Of a stretch of DNA of 64,000 bases, positions 52,335 through 64,000 are shown one piece after another. This stretch comes from Vicugna vicugna (taxonomy: Eukaryota). A model generated the notes under the pieces. The model was not told the origin of the DNA and searched no databases. It saw nothing but the letters and a program-made list of their open reading frames with translations. Positions within the stretch are counted from its first letter, which is position 1. The number at the start of each line of letters is the position of its first letter. The stretch is from NCBI GenBank assembly GCA_013265495.1, contig MU058844.1, positions 10,128,184 through 10,192,183 on the forward strand. Direction: 5' to 3'. The position numbers and the translations under genes were made by a program.

Positions 52335-52384
52335 GGCTATTTAGTTCAAGATCATCTCTATGCCATTCACAGCCTGTTTCATCC

Positions 52385-52445
52385 ATGTTACCTTGCCTAG
52401 CTCTTACAGACGTGAGGTTGCTATCCTGGGTTTCCATGGAGAGTC
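52385..52445. promoter_or_regulatory. Cluster of RFX X-box-like motifs upstream of the candidate exon
   Basis: GTTTCCATGGAGAG at 52430-52443 (12/14 to GTTTCCATGGAAAC); half-sites GTTACC at 52387 and GTTGCT at 52417. Confidence 0.3.
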
Positions 52446-52733
52446 CAATTTAATTGTCTGCTAAACTGGTTAGATCAAAATTTATTTTCCCAGTTTCCTT
52501 CCCAACCTATAGTGGAGGATATTGGTACTTTAAAGTTTTCCATTTATTAGATTTCAAAATGAGCCTTTGTAAGTGTCTTATGATGCTTTAAACAGACACA
52601 AAACAAAATCCTTTTCATTGGTTGTTTTTCAACCAGAGTCAAGTCTTTCTATTTAATGGATTATCAGTTTTTAAAAATATATATATTCAAGTTTCCATAT
52701 AAGTACTTACTCCTTTATTAGAAAAGCAGTCTT

Positions 52734-52995
52734 TTTTTAACTCATCTTTCCTCATTTACTTATTTTTATTGAAGTATAGTTAATTTACAATATTGTTAGT
52801 TTCTCATGTACAGCCAAGTGATTCAGTTATATATATTCTTTTTCATATTATTTTCCACCGTAGTTTATTACAAGATATTGAATATAGTTCCCTGTGCTAT
52901 ACAATGGGACCTTGTTGTTTACCTGTTTTATATATAGTAGTTTGTATCTGCTAATCCCAAACTCCTAATTTATCCCTCTCCCCTACCCCAACCAC
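52734..52995 (-). mobile_element. 5'-truncated L1 3' UTR with 15-bp TSD
   Basis: TSD tagaaaagcagtctt (52719-52733) / tagaaaagcaatctt (52996-53010). Confidence 0.93.
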
Positions 52996-54572
52996 TAGAA
53001 AAGCAATCTTAATGACAGTTGACAAATAACATTATCCTCATATACAAAGCATGGCATATTTCCAAGGAGACAGCCCAAGATCAAGGCATCTAGCCATAAG
53101 CCTGTGGAAGTATCTATGTATATACAGAAATTTCCTTAAACATGATTTTTAGAAAAGAAAAATCTTTAAGTTTTTTTCTAAGAGCAAGTAGGAGAAGTTC
53201 TTGGTATTAAGTGATGATGGCAGAACATAAAGAAAAAAATTTGCCACTAATATTCGATATCATTATCAAGTCCACTGTAAACTTTCTTTTTGTTCAAAGG
53301 CTAGATGCAGGGAAAAACCAAGCATATGAGTATTCCACCACATTGTCCATCTTATGGTCATTTTAAACTCAGAGACTTTCTGAACTAGCCCTCTGACAGA
53401 TGAATCATTCAAGTTCCACCTTAAGGCATGTTCCTAAGGCTGAGTTAGGAACAAATTTTGCCGGGAAACACTGAGGCACCTTAGCTGGTGTTAGTGGATG
53501 CAGCCTGCTATATTTAAAAGTGAGGCATTTAATTTTTGTCTCCTTGTAAGGATGCAAGAGATTAACCTCTATTTAAAAAAAAAATCTTCAAGGTCTAGTT
53601 AATGTGCATAGGAAACATGTTTATGTGCTGATACAAATATTTTAATGAACTAATTTTACCAATCGAGACATTTTAGAAGCCATATAACATGAAAATTATA
53701 ATAGCATTAAGTTAAACATTGCTAACTTTCCTTAAGAAATTATCATGCTCTTTCTTCATAAAGGTAAATCCCCCTGAAAAGAAAAAAAAAACTCTTTGTA
53801 CCAATAAAAGCTTTGGGAAGGAATTTGAGAAATTTATCATTTATCATCTACTACCTCCTATAAAGATGGTGTTACCACCTAGCTCCAGCAGCTTTCAGGT
53901 GTTCGCCCAGGAACAGGAATTCATAATGAGCTACAGACCTTCCCAATGCCCCATTCCACCTGTACTTGATGCCCTGAATTGTGAGTGGGCTGTAGATTGT
54001 GGTCAAGGACAGGAATAACTTATTAGGCTCTGTAGGAAACTGAACCTATGACAAAACTCGTAACCAGCTGAGTCAACAGGCTAAGGACAGATAAAGCTGT
54101 TTACACAGACAGTGCATAATATAAATTTTCCCTTCAAACCAGATCATCCCAGTTATCCCTACCATCTCTCCCATCATTTCCCAATGGTCTTAATTAGTTA
54201 TTTTTTCTCAGCATAAAATAAAACAGGGTCTTCTTTTTATACTCAGTCTGAAGACTCACTCTTTGTCTTCAACTGCATCAGGAGCTGTCCATTGTTACAC
54301 TTACTTATGTCAATGTGGTCTCTTCACCGTTAGTTAACATGGTTTATCCACTTATACCCACAGACCTGAACTTGGGGACACCCAGAAGCTGGGAAGACAG
54401 GTGATAGTAAGTGCCTGTTACCGTTTTTTGTGTAAACTCTGTTCTCCTTATATTCCATATTACATTCTCTGAACAAAGATTGTTACATTATTTTTTAAGG
54501 GTCATAACATATAGATGGTGTTTAAACATGTTTGCTGACTTAATAAAAGAATATTGGAGACCTCATGGCTTA

Positions 54573-54759
54573 GAGTAGTTCCCAAATTTTAGTATGCATA
54601 AGAAGTCACCTGGAGGATTTGTTAAATCACAACCTTGGGCTCTATTCCCAGAGTTTCTGATTCAGTAAGTCTGGGTTTGGTCCCCCAAATTTGCAATATT
54701 AGCCAGTTCCCAGATGATGCTGATGTGCAAGTCTAGAGATTACATGTTGAGAACTATTA
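54573..54759. mobile_element. MER5A hAT MITE
   Basis: tcacctggagg...cccagagtttctgattcagtaagtctggg...gttcccagatgatgctgatg...ttgagaac. Confidence 0.88.
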
Positions 54760-55637
54760 ACTTAGACCATAGGATGTATTATTATAAGACTGTAAGCTGC
54801 TCATTCACGTAGGCAGCGATCACTTTCCTACTGTTAGCCTAGTTCTTGTACTCACCTGTACCAGATAGAAATCTTACCCAGGATTTAACACAAATGTGGC
54901 AAGACTATAAAAATTGATTTCATCAAACTATACAAGGAAATTTATTTAACAATATTAACGATGTGTGCTAACCGGTAGGGGCAGAAAATGACAGAGTTTG
55001 AAAAGAGGGGAAACTGGAGGGTGTATCTGGGAACAGCAAGGGTGGAGCTGCCAGTGGCAAAAATAGGGCAGTTCTGCACAGAAGCTATGCTGCCTGGCAG
55101 CTCCAAAAGAGTAAGCCTGAATTTTCTCCTCACTCAAAAACAGAATGTAGCTCCTCAGCCATGTCCCTGATTCTCTGTCCTCTGAACCAAGGACTGCCCT
55201 CAGTCTAAGCTCTCTCTATTCTGTGAGGAAAGAAGGAATCAAATGCTTCTCTGCTATTTCCCCTAAGCTTAAGTATAATTTAAGAAAAGTTGATTTTTCA
55301 ATGCCATTCACCAAGTTCAAAATGTCATAGCAGGGTAACAGCATCAACAAGAAGTGACCCAGTCAGAAGTCTAAAGAACATTTGCAAAGTCATGTTAGGG
55401 ATTAGTTTGCTTTCATTGCAAAGAAGGCAAGTGCACATTCAGTGAGAACTTAATGTAGCAAGCAGCAAAAAGGGATCAGTGGAACTGAGCAATCAAAATG
55501 CCCGTATTTAGACCGAAATAGTTTCTTCTTTTAGTTAGAAAAATGTCTCCAATTCCAGGTAGAGCTCAATGTTTCTCAAATCTGAATTACTTCCTCATGT
55601 TGAAATTGGAGCTGTTCTTTTGTGTAACATTAACATG

Positions 55638-55832
55638 TTACTATACATAAAATAAACAAGGACCTACTGTATAGCACAGAGAACTATATTCAATTCCTTG
55701 TAATGAGCTGTAATGGACAAGAATCTGAATACATACATACATATGTATTTATAACTGAATCGCTTTGCTGTACACCTGAAACTAACATTGTAAATCAACT
55801 ATACTTCAATAAAAAATAAGAATTAAACAAAA
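55638..55832 (+). mobile_element. 5'-truncated L1 3' UTR, cetartiodactyl type
   Basis: aacaaggacctactgtatagcacagagaactatattcaat...cttcaataaaaaa. Confidence 0.9.
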
Positions 55833-55989
55833 ATATTCCTTTATGTTGGATAAAATACCTAAATCAGCAGCTCCAGCATCTCATCCTTATGAAGGAATAG
55901 GGTTTTCAATAAAAGCTAAGGGAAGCAACTTCTGCTTAATATACTTTGAAAACTAAGAGGTCCTTCTGATCAAATTCTAACTACACACA

Positions 55990-57720
55990 AAAAATTGCCT
56001 CTTGGCAATGTGGCTTGCCTTCTGGTGTCATTAGACTTGTTCTTTTTTACTTTCCTTTTTCCTGTAAACTGCGAATTGGATCTACAAACCTGATTAAATT
56101 TAAACCTTTTTGACACAAATACTTATTAATGACACTATGATCCCATGACCACACCCGGAACCACATAATTCAGCTTACCTGTCAGTGACACTAGGTTTGA
56201 CAGGTATGTAGGGTGATCAAGTATTTCTATTGTAAAGGTGAGTTTTTTTTCCCCTCTGCAATTAAGAAGCTATCTGTAGAGTGATACTTGGACACTGGAC
56301 AAATCTTCTCCTCCCTATCATCTTCTCACCCAAATAATTTTTAGATAATTTTTGCCTGAATGAATTACTCCATTAAGGGTTCCAAATGGTGCTTTTTCTA
56401 ATTCTATTATTGTTTCCATATTGATGAGCTGACATCCTTTTGTTTAAAAAAAAAAAAAAGACCTTTCACAGGTTAACCAGTTTCAACAGTTCCTTCCAAA
56501 AAGACATGATAAATATTGTCTTACCTGTTTCCAGAGTAAAGGGTTGATATAATGTCATCTCCACTGGCAGCAAATAGTTTCTCTCTCTCTCCAGAACTGA
56601 TGGATTTTCATTTATTTTACATTTTATGGTCATTGAGTTATTTTGGAGGGATGCTCCTTTTGTGCCAAATTTGGTCAATGGAAGCTGCTTCAAGCTGGCT
56701 CCTATATTCGAGGGCTTTCTTGCTTTCTGGCATAAGATCTTGCAAGCGCAAATTTTACTGAACTGCCTCAGACTCAGAATCAGCCACTTCTTGAAGTAAA
56801 TCTGGTCCTTTAATAATCAAGATCTGGGCACTACAGAGTTGTTATTGTTTCTCGACCCTTTCAGTAAAAAGAGACAGAATATATATATATATTCAAAATA
56901 TAAGTTCATATCAATATTTCCAATTCAAATTTAACTTTATCAATTTTCCTTAACTTCTTTGATTTCATACTCATGTGTTCTTCATACACAGAATCTTGTC
57001 ATCTTAAACATTTATTTTTTTCTCCAAAATAAGCAATAATGGTCAAAGAATACAATACCAATTATTGGTACTAATGATAAGAATCACTAAGTGATGTTTA
57101 AGTTTTCTTTGTAGTTCTTTTAGTCTTTAGATTTTATCTCACTAAGGATGCACAGAGTCCTACATTCAACACTTGATCTTAGCCAAAAGGCTGAGAAGTG
57201 ATTGTTACATTCAAAATCCATTGGAAATAATTTTTTTCTCTGTGTAGTTGTGTTAGCAGTTTGATATACAGTCAAGGTTTCTTTGTTTTTGTTTCCAAGT
57301 TGAGTGTTTTTTTCTTTTTAAATTAATCCTGTGTTTTTAATATGTAAAATGTTTACACGATTTAAAACCTAAATTAAATGAAAAGGCATGCTCAGATTTC
57401 TAAGTCTCATCTCTCCCTTTCCCCTCCACTCCATTCCAACACCATCCTATAGATAATAGCTATTTTAGTTCCTTATTTATACTACTAGTGTTTCTTTTTG
57501 CAAAAATAAACAAAATACATGCACAATGATTTTTTTAACTTAGCCATATATCATGGAAATCTGTCTTATTCTTATAGCTGTATAGTAATTAAAATGGTGG
57601 TATCATTGTTAGTTTATTAAACCAACAAGTCACCAGAGTCAATTTCTAGAAATAGAATTGCTGGGCCAAAGGGCAAATACAAAAATAATTTTCCTGAATA
57701 AGATTCCATATTGTTTTCAA
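55990..57720 (-). mobile_element. Old L1 (L1MC/ME-like) 3' region, decayed
   Basis: Antisense 3' UTR texture (caaatttggtcaatggaag...ttcaagctggctcct; tagaattgctgggccaaaggg). Confidence 0.6.
57169..57202 (-). pseudogene. U2 snRNA retropseudogene, nt 1-34 only, no poly(A) tail
   Basis: Reverse complement ATCACTTCTCAGCCTTTTGGCTAAGATCAAGTGT vs U2 ATCGCTTCTCGGCCTTTTGGCTAAGATCAAGTGT: 32/34, both changes CpG transitions; flanking repeat tcctacattcaa / tgttacattcaa. Confidence 0.93.
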
Positions 57721-58127
57721 GTTTTCCAGGAAACTCTAATAATCAGCCAGGAACCAATAACCTACATATTAATAGCCACAGTACAGTATTTCAATCAAAG
57801 CAACAAGTTTTAACTGAGCCACAACTTTGAACTGGGCATTATCAGAGAACACAAAAAGTAGTCATTCTCTTGCTTTCAGTGAGTTGAAAAAAAAAAAAAA
57901 AAGGAGCTGTCCTGCCCTAATCGTCTTAGGGAAAGAAAATTAACTGGCAAAGGAAGCAATGAGGTCATACCTAAGTGTGAGGATCTCTCACTACCAGAAT
58001 TTTCACAGTAGATATTGGATATACAGTACTTGCTAGCTTTCACATTTTACATCACTCAGTGCTGAATGTTGTAGTGCATTATGATCTTAAACCAACACTA
58101 CCCTTACAAAGAAAAAGCTGTTCTCTA

Positions 58128-58365
58128 TAGCAGAGGTTTTCAATTTGGACATGACCTATTAGTGGGTTATGAAATCCATTCAGCATGTACTAAACAATAT
58201 GAAACAGGATAGAATAAAAAGCATCAGAACGCATGACAGGTAGTAAGAATGAGTATTATTTCTGGCAAATATTTTTATACACAGTCACACACATAAGAGC
58301 ATATGTGATACAAAATTAATTTCTTAAGGTGAATTGTGAATTTTTAAAAATTGAGAAATACTATT
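58128..58365. mobile_element. hAT-Charlie MITE
   Basis: gacctattagtgggttatgaaatc...gtagtaagaatgagtatt...ttgagaaatact. Confidence 0.6.
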
Positions 58366-58589
58366 TGATAGAACAGGAACAGCTGTTTTCTTTGTGCTTT
58401 TTGTGTACTGGCTACACAAAGTTCATGCTTAATGCTGATCGTCATACACTGCTGCAACCTAGTCTTAAGGTCTAAAAATATGCTCGTTTGGATCTGGTGT
58501 GACATAATAGGATTTGCTCAGTGATTTTCGATTTTGACAAGACAATTTACTCTTTTTAGTTTGTAAAAGAGAAATTTAAAGCAGAAATG

Positions 58590-58935
58590 ACAAACTGGGG
58601 GCAAATTTGCTCAGAAAAGCAGATTTAAGGCCAGAATAATGTTATTTGTGTTCGTTTGGCCAGCTGAGGTTTTTAACTAGTTTCTAATACTCAAATATTA
58701 AGAAATTTTGCTTAAAATTTTGGATTTCTAGCTTCTCTCGGGAAAAAAAAAATAGACGATTTGGCAAGTCTGAGCCTCCCAGAAAGGGCTGGAGACAGGT
58801 CATCCTCTCCCCAGCTTGCCACAGTCTCCTTGTTACGTCCCAGTTCTAAGGCTGTCACTTGCATTCACTGCCTTAGTCTTGGCCTGCCCCCTCATTTATG
58901 TTCCCGCGTGGTCTGTAGGCACTTCAATTTCCTAC
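58590..58935. mobile_element. hAT MITE (MER102-like)
   Basis: tttggatttctagcttctctc...gatttggcaa...; family uncertain. Confidence 0.45.
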
Positions 58936-59679
58936 TCCTGACCTGCCTCCGCTAGAGTGGAAACAAAAGCTGCACTCACCCCATAGAGTTGTTGTGAGAA
59001 ATAAATAATTTAATTCATGAAAGGACTTAGCGCCTCGTAAGTGCTATCCAGTATTACTAGAGTCAGGTTGCAGGGTATATTAAAATTGATAATTTAGGCC
59101 AAAGTTTCTAAGACTAAAACCATGGCATGGTGAAACTCTCAAGTTAGGATAAACCGTTAAGCTTAATGCTTTGTAAATACGTATCTGAGAGCTTCTATTC
59201 TAGATGCAGGCCTGAAAACCATAGATAAAGCCACCTGGAGTTCTCAGGTAGTGCATTAGTAATATCTGCCGCTGTGTATGTTCATAGTGCACCATCTGTT
59301 ACATCATTTTATTCACCCAGCTCTTCCCTGACAGTCACATTTGCTCAAATCCCCATCTGCTTAAGGATCACATTCCTGCTTTCTCCTCTTCACACCCTTT
59401 TTCTGGACCACATGCTCATACAGACCTGAAATCATCTTCACTTGAGCTCTGAGAATCTTGGAAAACAATTTATTCATCTCTACATTGTCCAGTATCCAGG
59501 TCTCTATCTATGGGTAGGAGATACTCTGCAAACGTTGTTTAAACTGAATTGAAAGGAAACATGGCTTCACCAACTGGAAATTTGGTAGCAAATTCCTTTT
59601 AGCCTCAGCTTCCACAAACACAGAACTTCTCATAATCTTTGTGCCCCTAAATGAAATTAAGTCCCTATGCTATGAGAAC

Positions 59680-59867
59680 TTGGTTTGCCAGATTTAGTAA
59701 GTCAAAATACAGAACACCAGTTAAATTAAATTGTCAGATAAATAACAAACTTTTTACTATAAATACTTCCTGTGAAATACTAAGGACCTCCTTAAGCTAA
59801 AGAATTTACTTATTTTTACCGAAATTTCAAATTTATGGAGTCTTCTGTGTTTTATCTGGCAACCATA
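59680..59867. mobile_element. MER53-like palindromic hAT MITE
   Basis: Inverted ends ttgccagat...atctggcaa; internal aaaatacagaacaccagttaaatt paired with aatttatggagtcttctgtgtttt. Confidence 0.85.
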
Positions 59868-61049
59868 ACAGGAGAGGCACTTTATCTTTGCTTACCCTTC
59901 ATGTTTACTTTTATGGCATTTATGCGTGTTCACTATTGTTTCAAGTAACTATCACAGGAAGTTTCAATAAATGCTTTTCATAGTGATAATCACCAGGCTT
60001 TCCTCTTTGACTTATGTACTATGTAAACAAAGCTGAATGCGTCTATAAAATACAGACAATAAATGCTTGTGTAGTTTTTTTGTAATTTGGAAAATTTATG
60101 TGCAAATGTAGTAATTACTTTTATCTCAGCATTTCTAATAAAGCTTATTGGTTGGCTGTGAGGTTTATTGTTCTCAGAACATGTCCTATACATTTTTAAA
60201 ATGAGTTTTCATTCCCTAATGACATGGAGAAATAATTCTACTCTAAGACACAGTGGGGGACTCAGTCAGATACAGGGCATCAAATCTTTAGATGTAGTAG
60301 GGCTTTGCCAGTTCAAGGCCTGGCAAGAGACAGTGGGAAACATGTTCCTGGCCTAATTTGGGAACATAGTCTCAGTGCTTTCACACAAACAGTTTGGCTC
60401 CTGGCTACTCTGTAAACTAGCATTATGTAAATGAGCATTGATTTTCAGGCTTTTGGAAAAGAGATCAATTTACAGTTGCATCTGCAGAATCTATTTAGTT
60501 GGACATTTTCCAATATTTTCTAAAAAGTGAATAAAAGTTAGTATGCTCTCTATAAAATACAGGATACTACTTCACTCTATCACGACTTGCGTTCCTGGTG
60601 TGGTAAATGTGAGGCAGTGAGTGCCATTCAGACCACGTGGCCCACAGCAAAGCCTGTCATTCAAAACTCAGTATCCTGATTACAAGTTAGGCTTCCATCA
60701 AGCTACACATACAGAGTTTGTTTACACCATAGAGTGGATGTGCTGTAGTTTGGTCAGCCCAGTCTTTCGTGTTTCTTTTAGCACCATCACCCTGACTTGC
60801 CCTGGGAAAGTGCAGGTGTCACTCTTCCTACATTGTCAGTCTGTGTACCCTCCCACCCCAGCTATCAGTTCTAGGGAAGGACAAATGGCCTGGAACTGGC
60901 CTAACAGTGCACAGCATTCCCTGTCCACCACAATCTGTTTAGAGGTGAACATATAACCCAGACCAGCCCAGTGAGATTCAAGTGTCCGGTACATATTCAA
61001 CCCAATGGATGAAAATAGATACCCGCCAAGGCACAACACCAAAAAATTT

Positions 61050-62060
61050 CAGAAAATTAGGAAAAAGAAAAGGTTCTGAAGGAAATGTTCAAGGGATCAA
61101 GAAACAGAATGGCTTTGGACTTCTCCACAGCAAACCTGGATGCTAGAAGATACTGTGGCAACAACTTAAAAATTCTTAAAAAAGAAAAAAAAGATTTTTC
61201 AATACACCATGCCAAATGAATTAATTGAGAGGGCAAAATAAAAATACTTTAAATAAGCAAGATCTCAAAACTTTACCTTTTGGGTGCTTTTTCTCAGGAA
61301 GCTTTCAGAAGATGTAATCCTCCAAAATGAGGGAATAAACCAAGAAATAGAAGCCCTGGGATACTAGGTAAGAGGAACCCTTGGATGACAGCTGTCTCCC
61401 TGGCACAGCTAACAACTATTCCAGATCAGAGCAAGACAGAAGACTCCAGGAGAGATTTCTTCAGGAGCATGAAAATGAAAAGAACATTTCATCCATCAGA
61501 AGCTGTCAACAAGCTGAAAATTACAGAGCATTTCATTCAGCTAAAAGTACTGAGATACTTGGAGAATGGAGAGAGAGTTGACTTTGGATTAGTAAAAAGA
61601 ACATTCTAGCATGAACAACATAATGCCAATATTTTATAATTTGGGTCCAACAAAAGTGGCAATTTCCCATCGTTTAATTTAGTAGAAAACAAAGGGATCA
61701 AAAAGTCATAAAATGATCTTTAGGGGGAAAGAGTTGTGCAGAAAAAGTAATGTAATAACAGTTTACATACCTCAGCTGTGACTAGCATTTTCATAGTCAT
61801 GATAATATAAACACTGAATAGTGACCTAATTAGAAGAAAATTATAATGATATTCCTAGACTCAGTATTAGAGGAAGTCCTGTGTGTAGTGGGTACAGAGA
61901 TGATTTAAAAAAAAAAAAAAAGCTAAATCCTCACCTTTTAAAGTGGTCAGTAAGTAAAGTCTAAATCTGAAAAATCAGGAAGTAGCTATATAAGGTTGTA
62001 TTAAGACATAAAGTTTGACACACAAAGAATTAGCTGAAAGAGTTAAAAATAACTGCCCCC
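61050..62060 (+). mobile_element. HAL1 / L1 ORF1-like relic
   Basis: cagaatggctttggacttctccacagcaaacctggatgctagaaga encodes RMALDFSTANLDARR, like the ORF1 R..DFS.ET..ARR motif. Confidence 0.7.
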
Positions 62061-62064
62061 AGGC

Positions 62065-62420
62065 TGGCAATTTCAAAAATTCAAGCAAGAGATAATGAGT
62101 CAGTGTCCTAAGACAAAGGCAGAGGGAGTGGAAAAACGGGAATGAGAGACATTTAGAGGATTCTATATGTAGCTATTGGTGATTAATTAGAACCCCACAT
62201 TTCTGTCTTGGGTCACTAAACAGATAGGTGATGTAGTTATTCACCAAGTCAGGTGAAATAAGAGGAAGAACAAACCTGGGAGTAAGGGGGATACAATATT
62301 GGATATATTATATTGAGCTATGTGGAGGACAAACAGATGGGAGTGCGTGGGTCTGGAATTCAAGAGTAAAGCATAATCTGGAGTGACAGATGTGACTTCA
62401 CTACAGTGACTGGATTGAGG
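62065..62420 (-). mobile_element. L2 LINE fragment
   Basis: caagcaagagataatgag...gagagacattta...gaggaagaacaa...gggtctggaattcaagag. Confidence 0.65.
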
Positions 62421-62864
62421 ACAGGGAGAAACCTATCTTGACATGAGTATCTGCAGCATCTAGCACAAATAGTGCCTAACATGTTTATTCATTCATACAT
62501 TCACTCAAGAAAAAAATGTGTTATTTGAAATACTAGGGGTGGGGAAAGTGGAGAAGAAGAGTAGGAAATTGAGGGAGTTCATGTGAGAGAAACTCTTTGC
62601 TCTGTGAACAAGGAGGGCTGGTGGTTTTCTGGAAGGGAAGAGGACAAGGTGCAAAGGAAGATGAAACACAAGAAAAGGGATGAGTTACATAAAGGATTGT
62701 GAATGTTGGAATCATCAGCGAAAGAAATGCAAGAAGCTACTGGGTGAGGTGTCCAAAATCAGAAAGTCACAAAACACTGTGGGGGAGGCTGAAATTGGAA
62801 GCCATATTGTAGTGGCAATGATCCCAAGAGTGGCTTTTCTCTAGCACTGCTTTCCTCTTCACCC

Positions 62865-63063
62865 AGAAGAACTATGCCTCTGTGTTCTGCCTTCTTTGAG
62901 CACTGTGCTCCTACTGCTCTGACAGCATTTGTCAGTATTTCATTATATCTGTCTAGTCTACATACCCTTGCACACCATGAATTCCCCATCTTTGTATTCC
63001 CAGCATCTGGCACAGGGCTTGCCGCATGGTAGTCACACAATCGATGTGTGTTCAATTGAACTG
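62865..63063 (+). mobile_element. L2 LINE 3' end
   Basis: catctttgtattcccagcatctggcacagggcttgccgcatggtagtcac. Confidence 0.75.
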
Positions 63064-64000
63064 TATGCCTAAATCAAGTGATTAATTTCCCTGCAGATTG
63101 TAATCGGAAAAGCAAGCACATTAAATGCTTGTTTTCATGGGAGTATAAAACTGTGGTTTGGGGGAAACCTTGGAGTTTTGACACACAAATATTTATGAGC
63201 CTGATGTCATTCAAAAGTGATAAACTTTAAAAAAAAGCAACCACCTTGTATTATGGACTGCTTAGATCATGTTTATGGAAAGACAAGATTAAAGGCAAAG
63301 CTTTCTGGACCAAAGTTGCTATGCTGTTGCTTTCTGTGATATGTAGCTGCAGTTCCTCTTGAGATAATCATCAGATTCTGTCAGACTGTCTGTTTCTTGT
63401 TCAATGCCAAGGTTAACTGGGCAAATGCATTTCAAAGATAAAAACAGTTTAAGGTAGAACTGAAGAACTATAATCACTCAAAATGTTTGTGTCACTTCTC
63501 ATGTATCATCTAAAAATATTTAAAGTTCTCATATGGATGGTCTGTTCCTCTGTTGAAATTTTCAACTCCTATCAGGAGAGCAAACTAAGACTAAGTATCT
63601 TAGGTGTTTATATGTTTATAAACATAACAAGTGATAAGGTATAACCAAAAGGACTGATCCAAATCTGCTAACACTAAAAAAAAGTTTTGTAAGTAAAACT
63701 TAAGTGGAGTTTTCAAGGAGTTTTCTGGCAGGAGTAAGGAAAAGAAGACTCAGGGAGGATATAATGCCTTATGCAAGGGCATCAAACTGTCCAACAGGGA
63801 GGAGTTAATTCGATTTAAAGTCACTGAGCAGGCTATCTTTGATAGTGGGTGGGATGTCCACATGTTAAATATCAGAGATAGTTGCTCTCTCTGATTCTCT
63901 CCCTTTCAGACCATTAGAGCATTAAGACAGTTTGGCCCAGAATGTCAGAGGCCTAAACAGCTAGCTCACCCTCAATCTCACATTTATTTTTGTTCCATGT

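Noticed and set aside
54850..54930. Upstream 5' UTR exon using donors CAG|GTGAGT or TGG|GTAAGA on the minus strand
   Set aside because: Donors are good but acceptors are weak and the body is T-rich; not enough support
1..64000. CRISPR array, operon or other prokaryotic/viral system
   Set aside because: No regularly spaced repeats, no gene-dense region; repeat content and CpG depletion are mammalian

Overview
Mammalian, non-CpG-island DNA that reads as intronic or intergenic. A tRNA-Ala-derived SINE resembling the camelid Vic-1 family, plus repeated cetartiodactyl-type L1 3' ends, suggest a camelid genome (inference). A large part of the window is decayed interspersed repeats: L1, L2, MIR, MaLR/ERV LTRs and hAT MITEs. 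Family names are recalled from memory of consensus sequences, and boundaries are approximate unless target-site duplications (TSDs) are given. I see no multi-exon gene I can name, no CRISPR array and no prokaryotic-type system; almost all ORFs in the track are chance ORFs or L1 remnants. The best non-repeat signal is a candidate minus-strand coding first exon at 52334-52196 (gccATG, 46 codons, CpG-enriched, GAG|GTAAGT donor, RFX-like motifs upstream). Two further minus-strand exon-like segments lie at 29023-28916 and 8755-~8515. Other clear items are a 34-nt tailless U2 snRNA retrocopy, a 548-bp ERV solo LTR with a 4-bp TSD, a SINE nested in an L1 3' end, and several L1 insertions with possible short 3' transductions.
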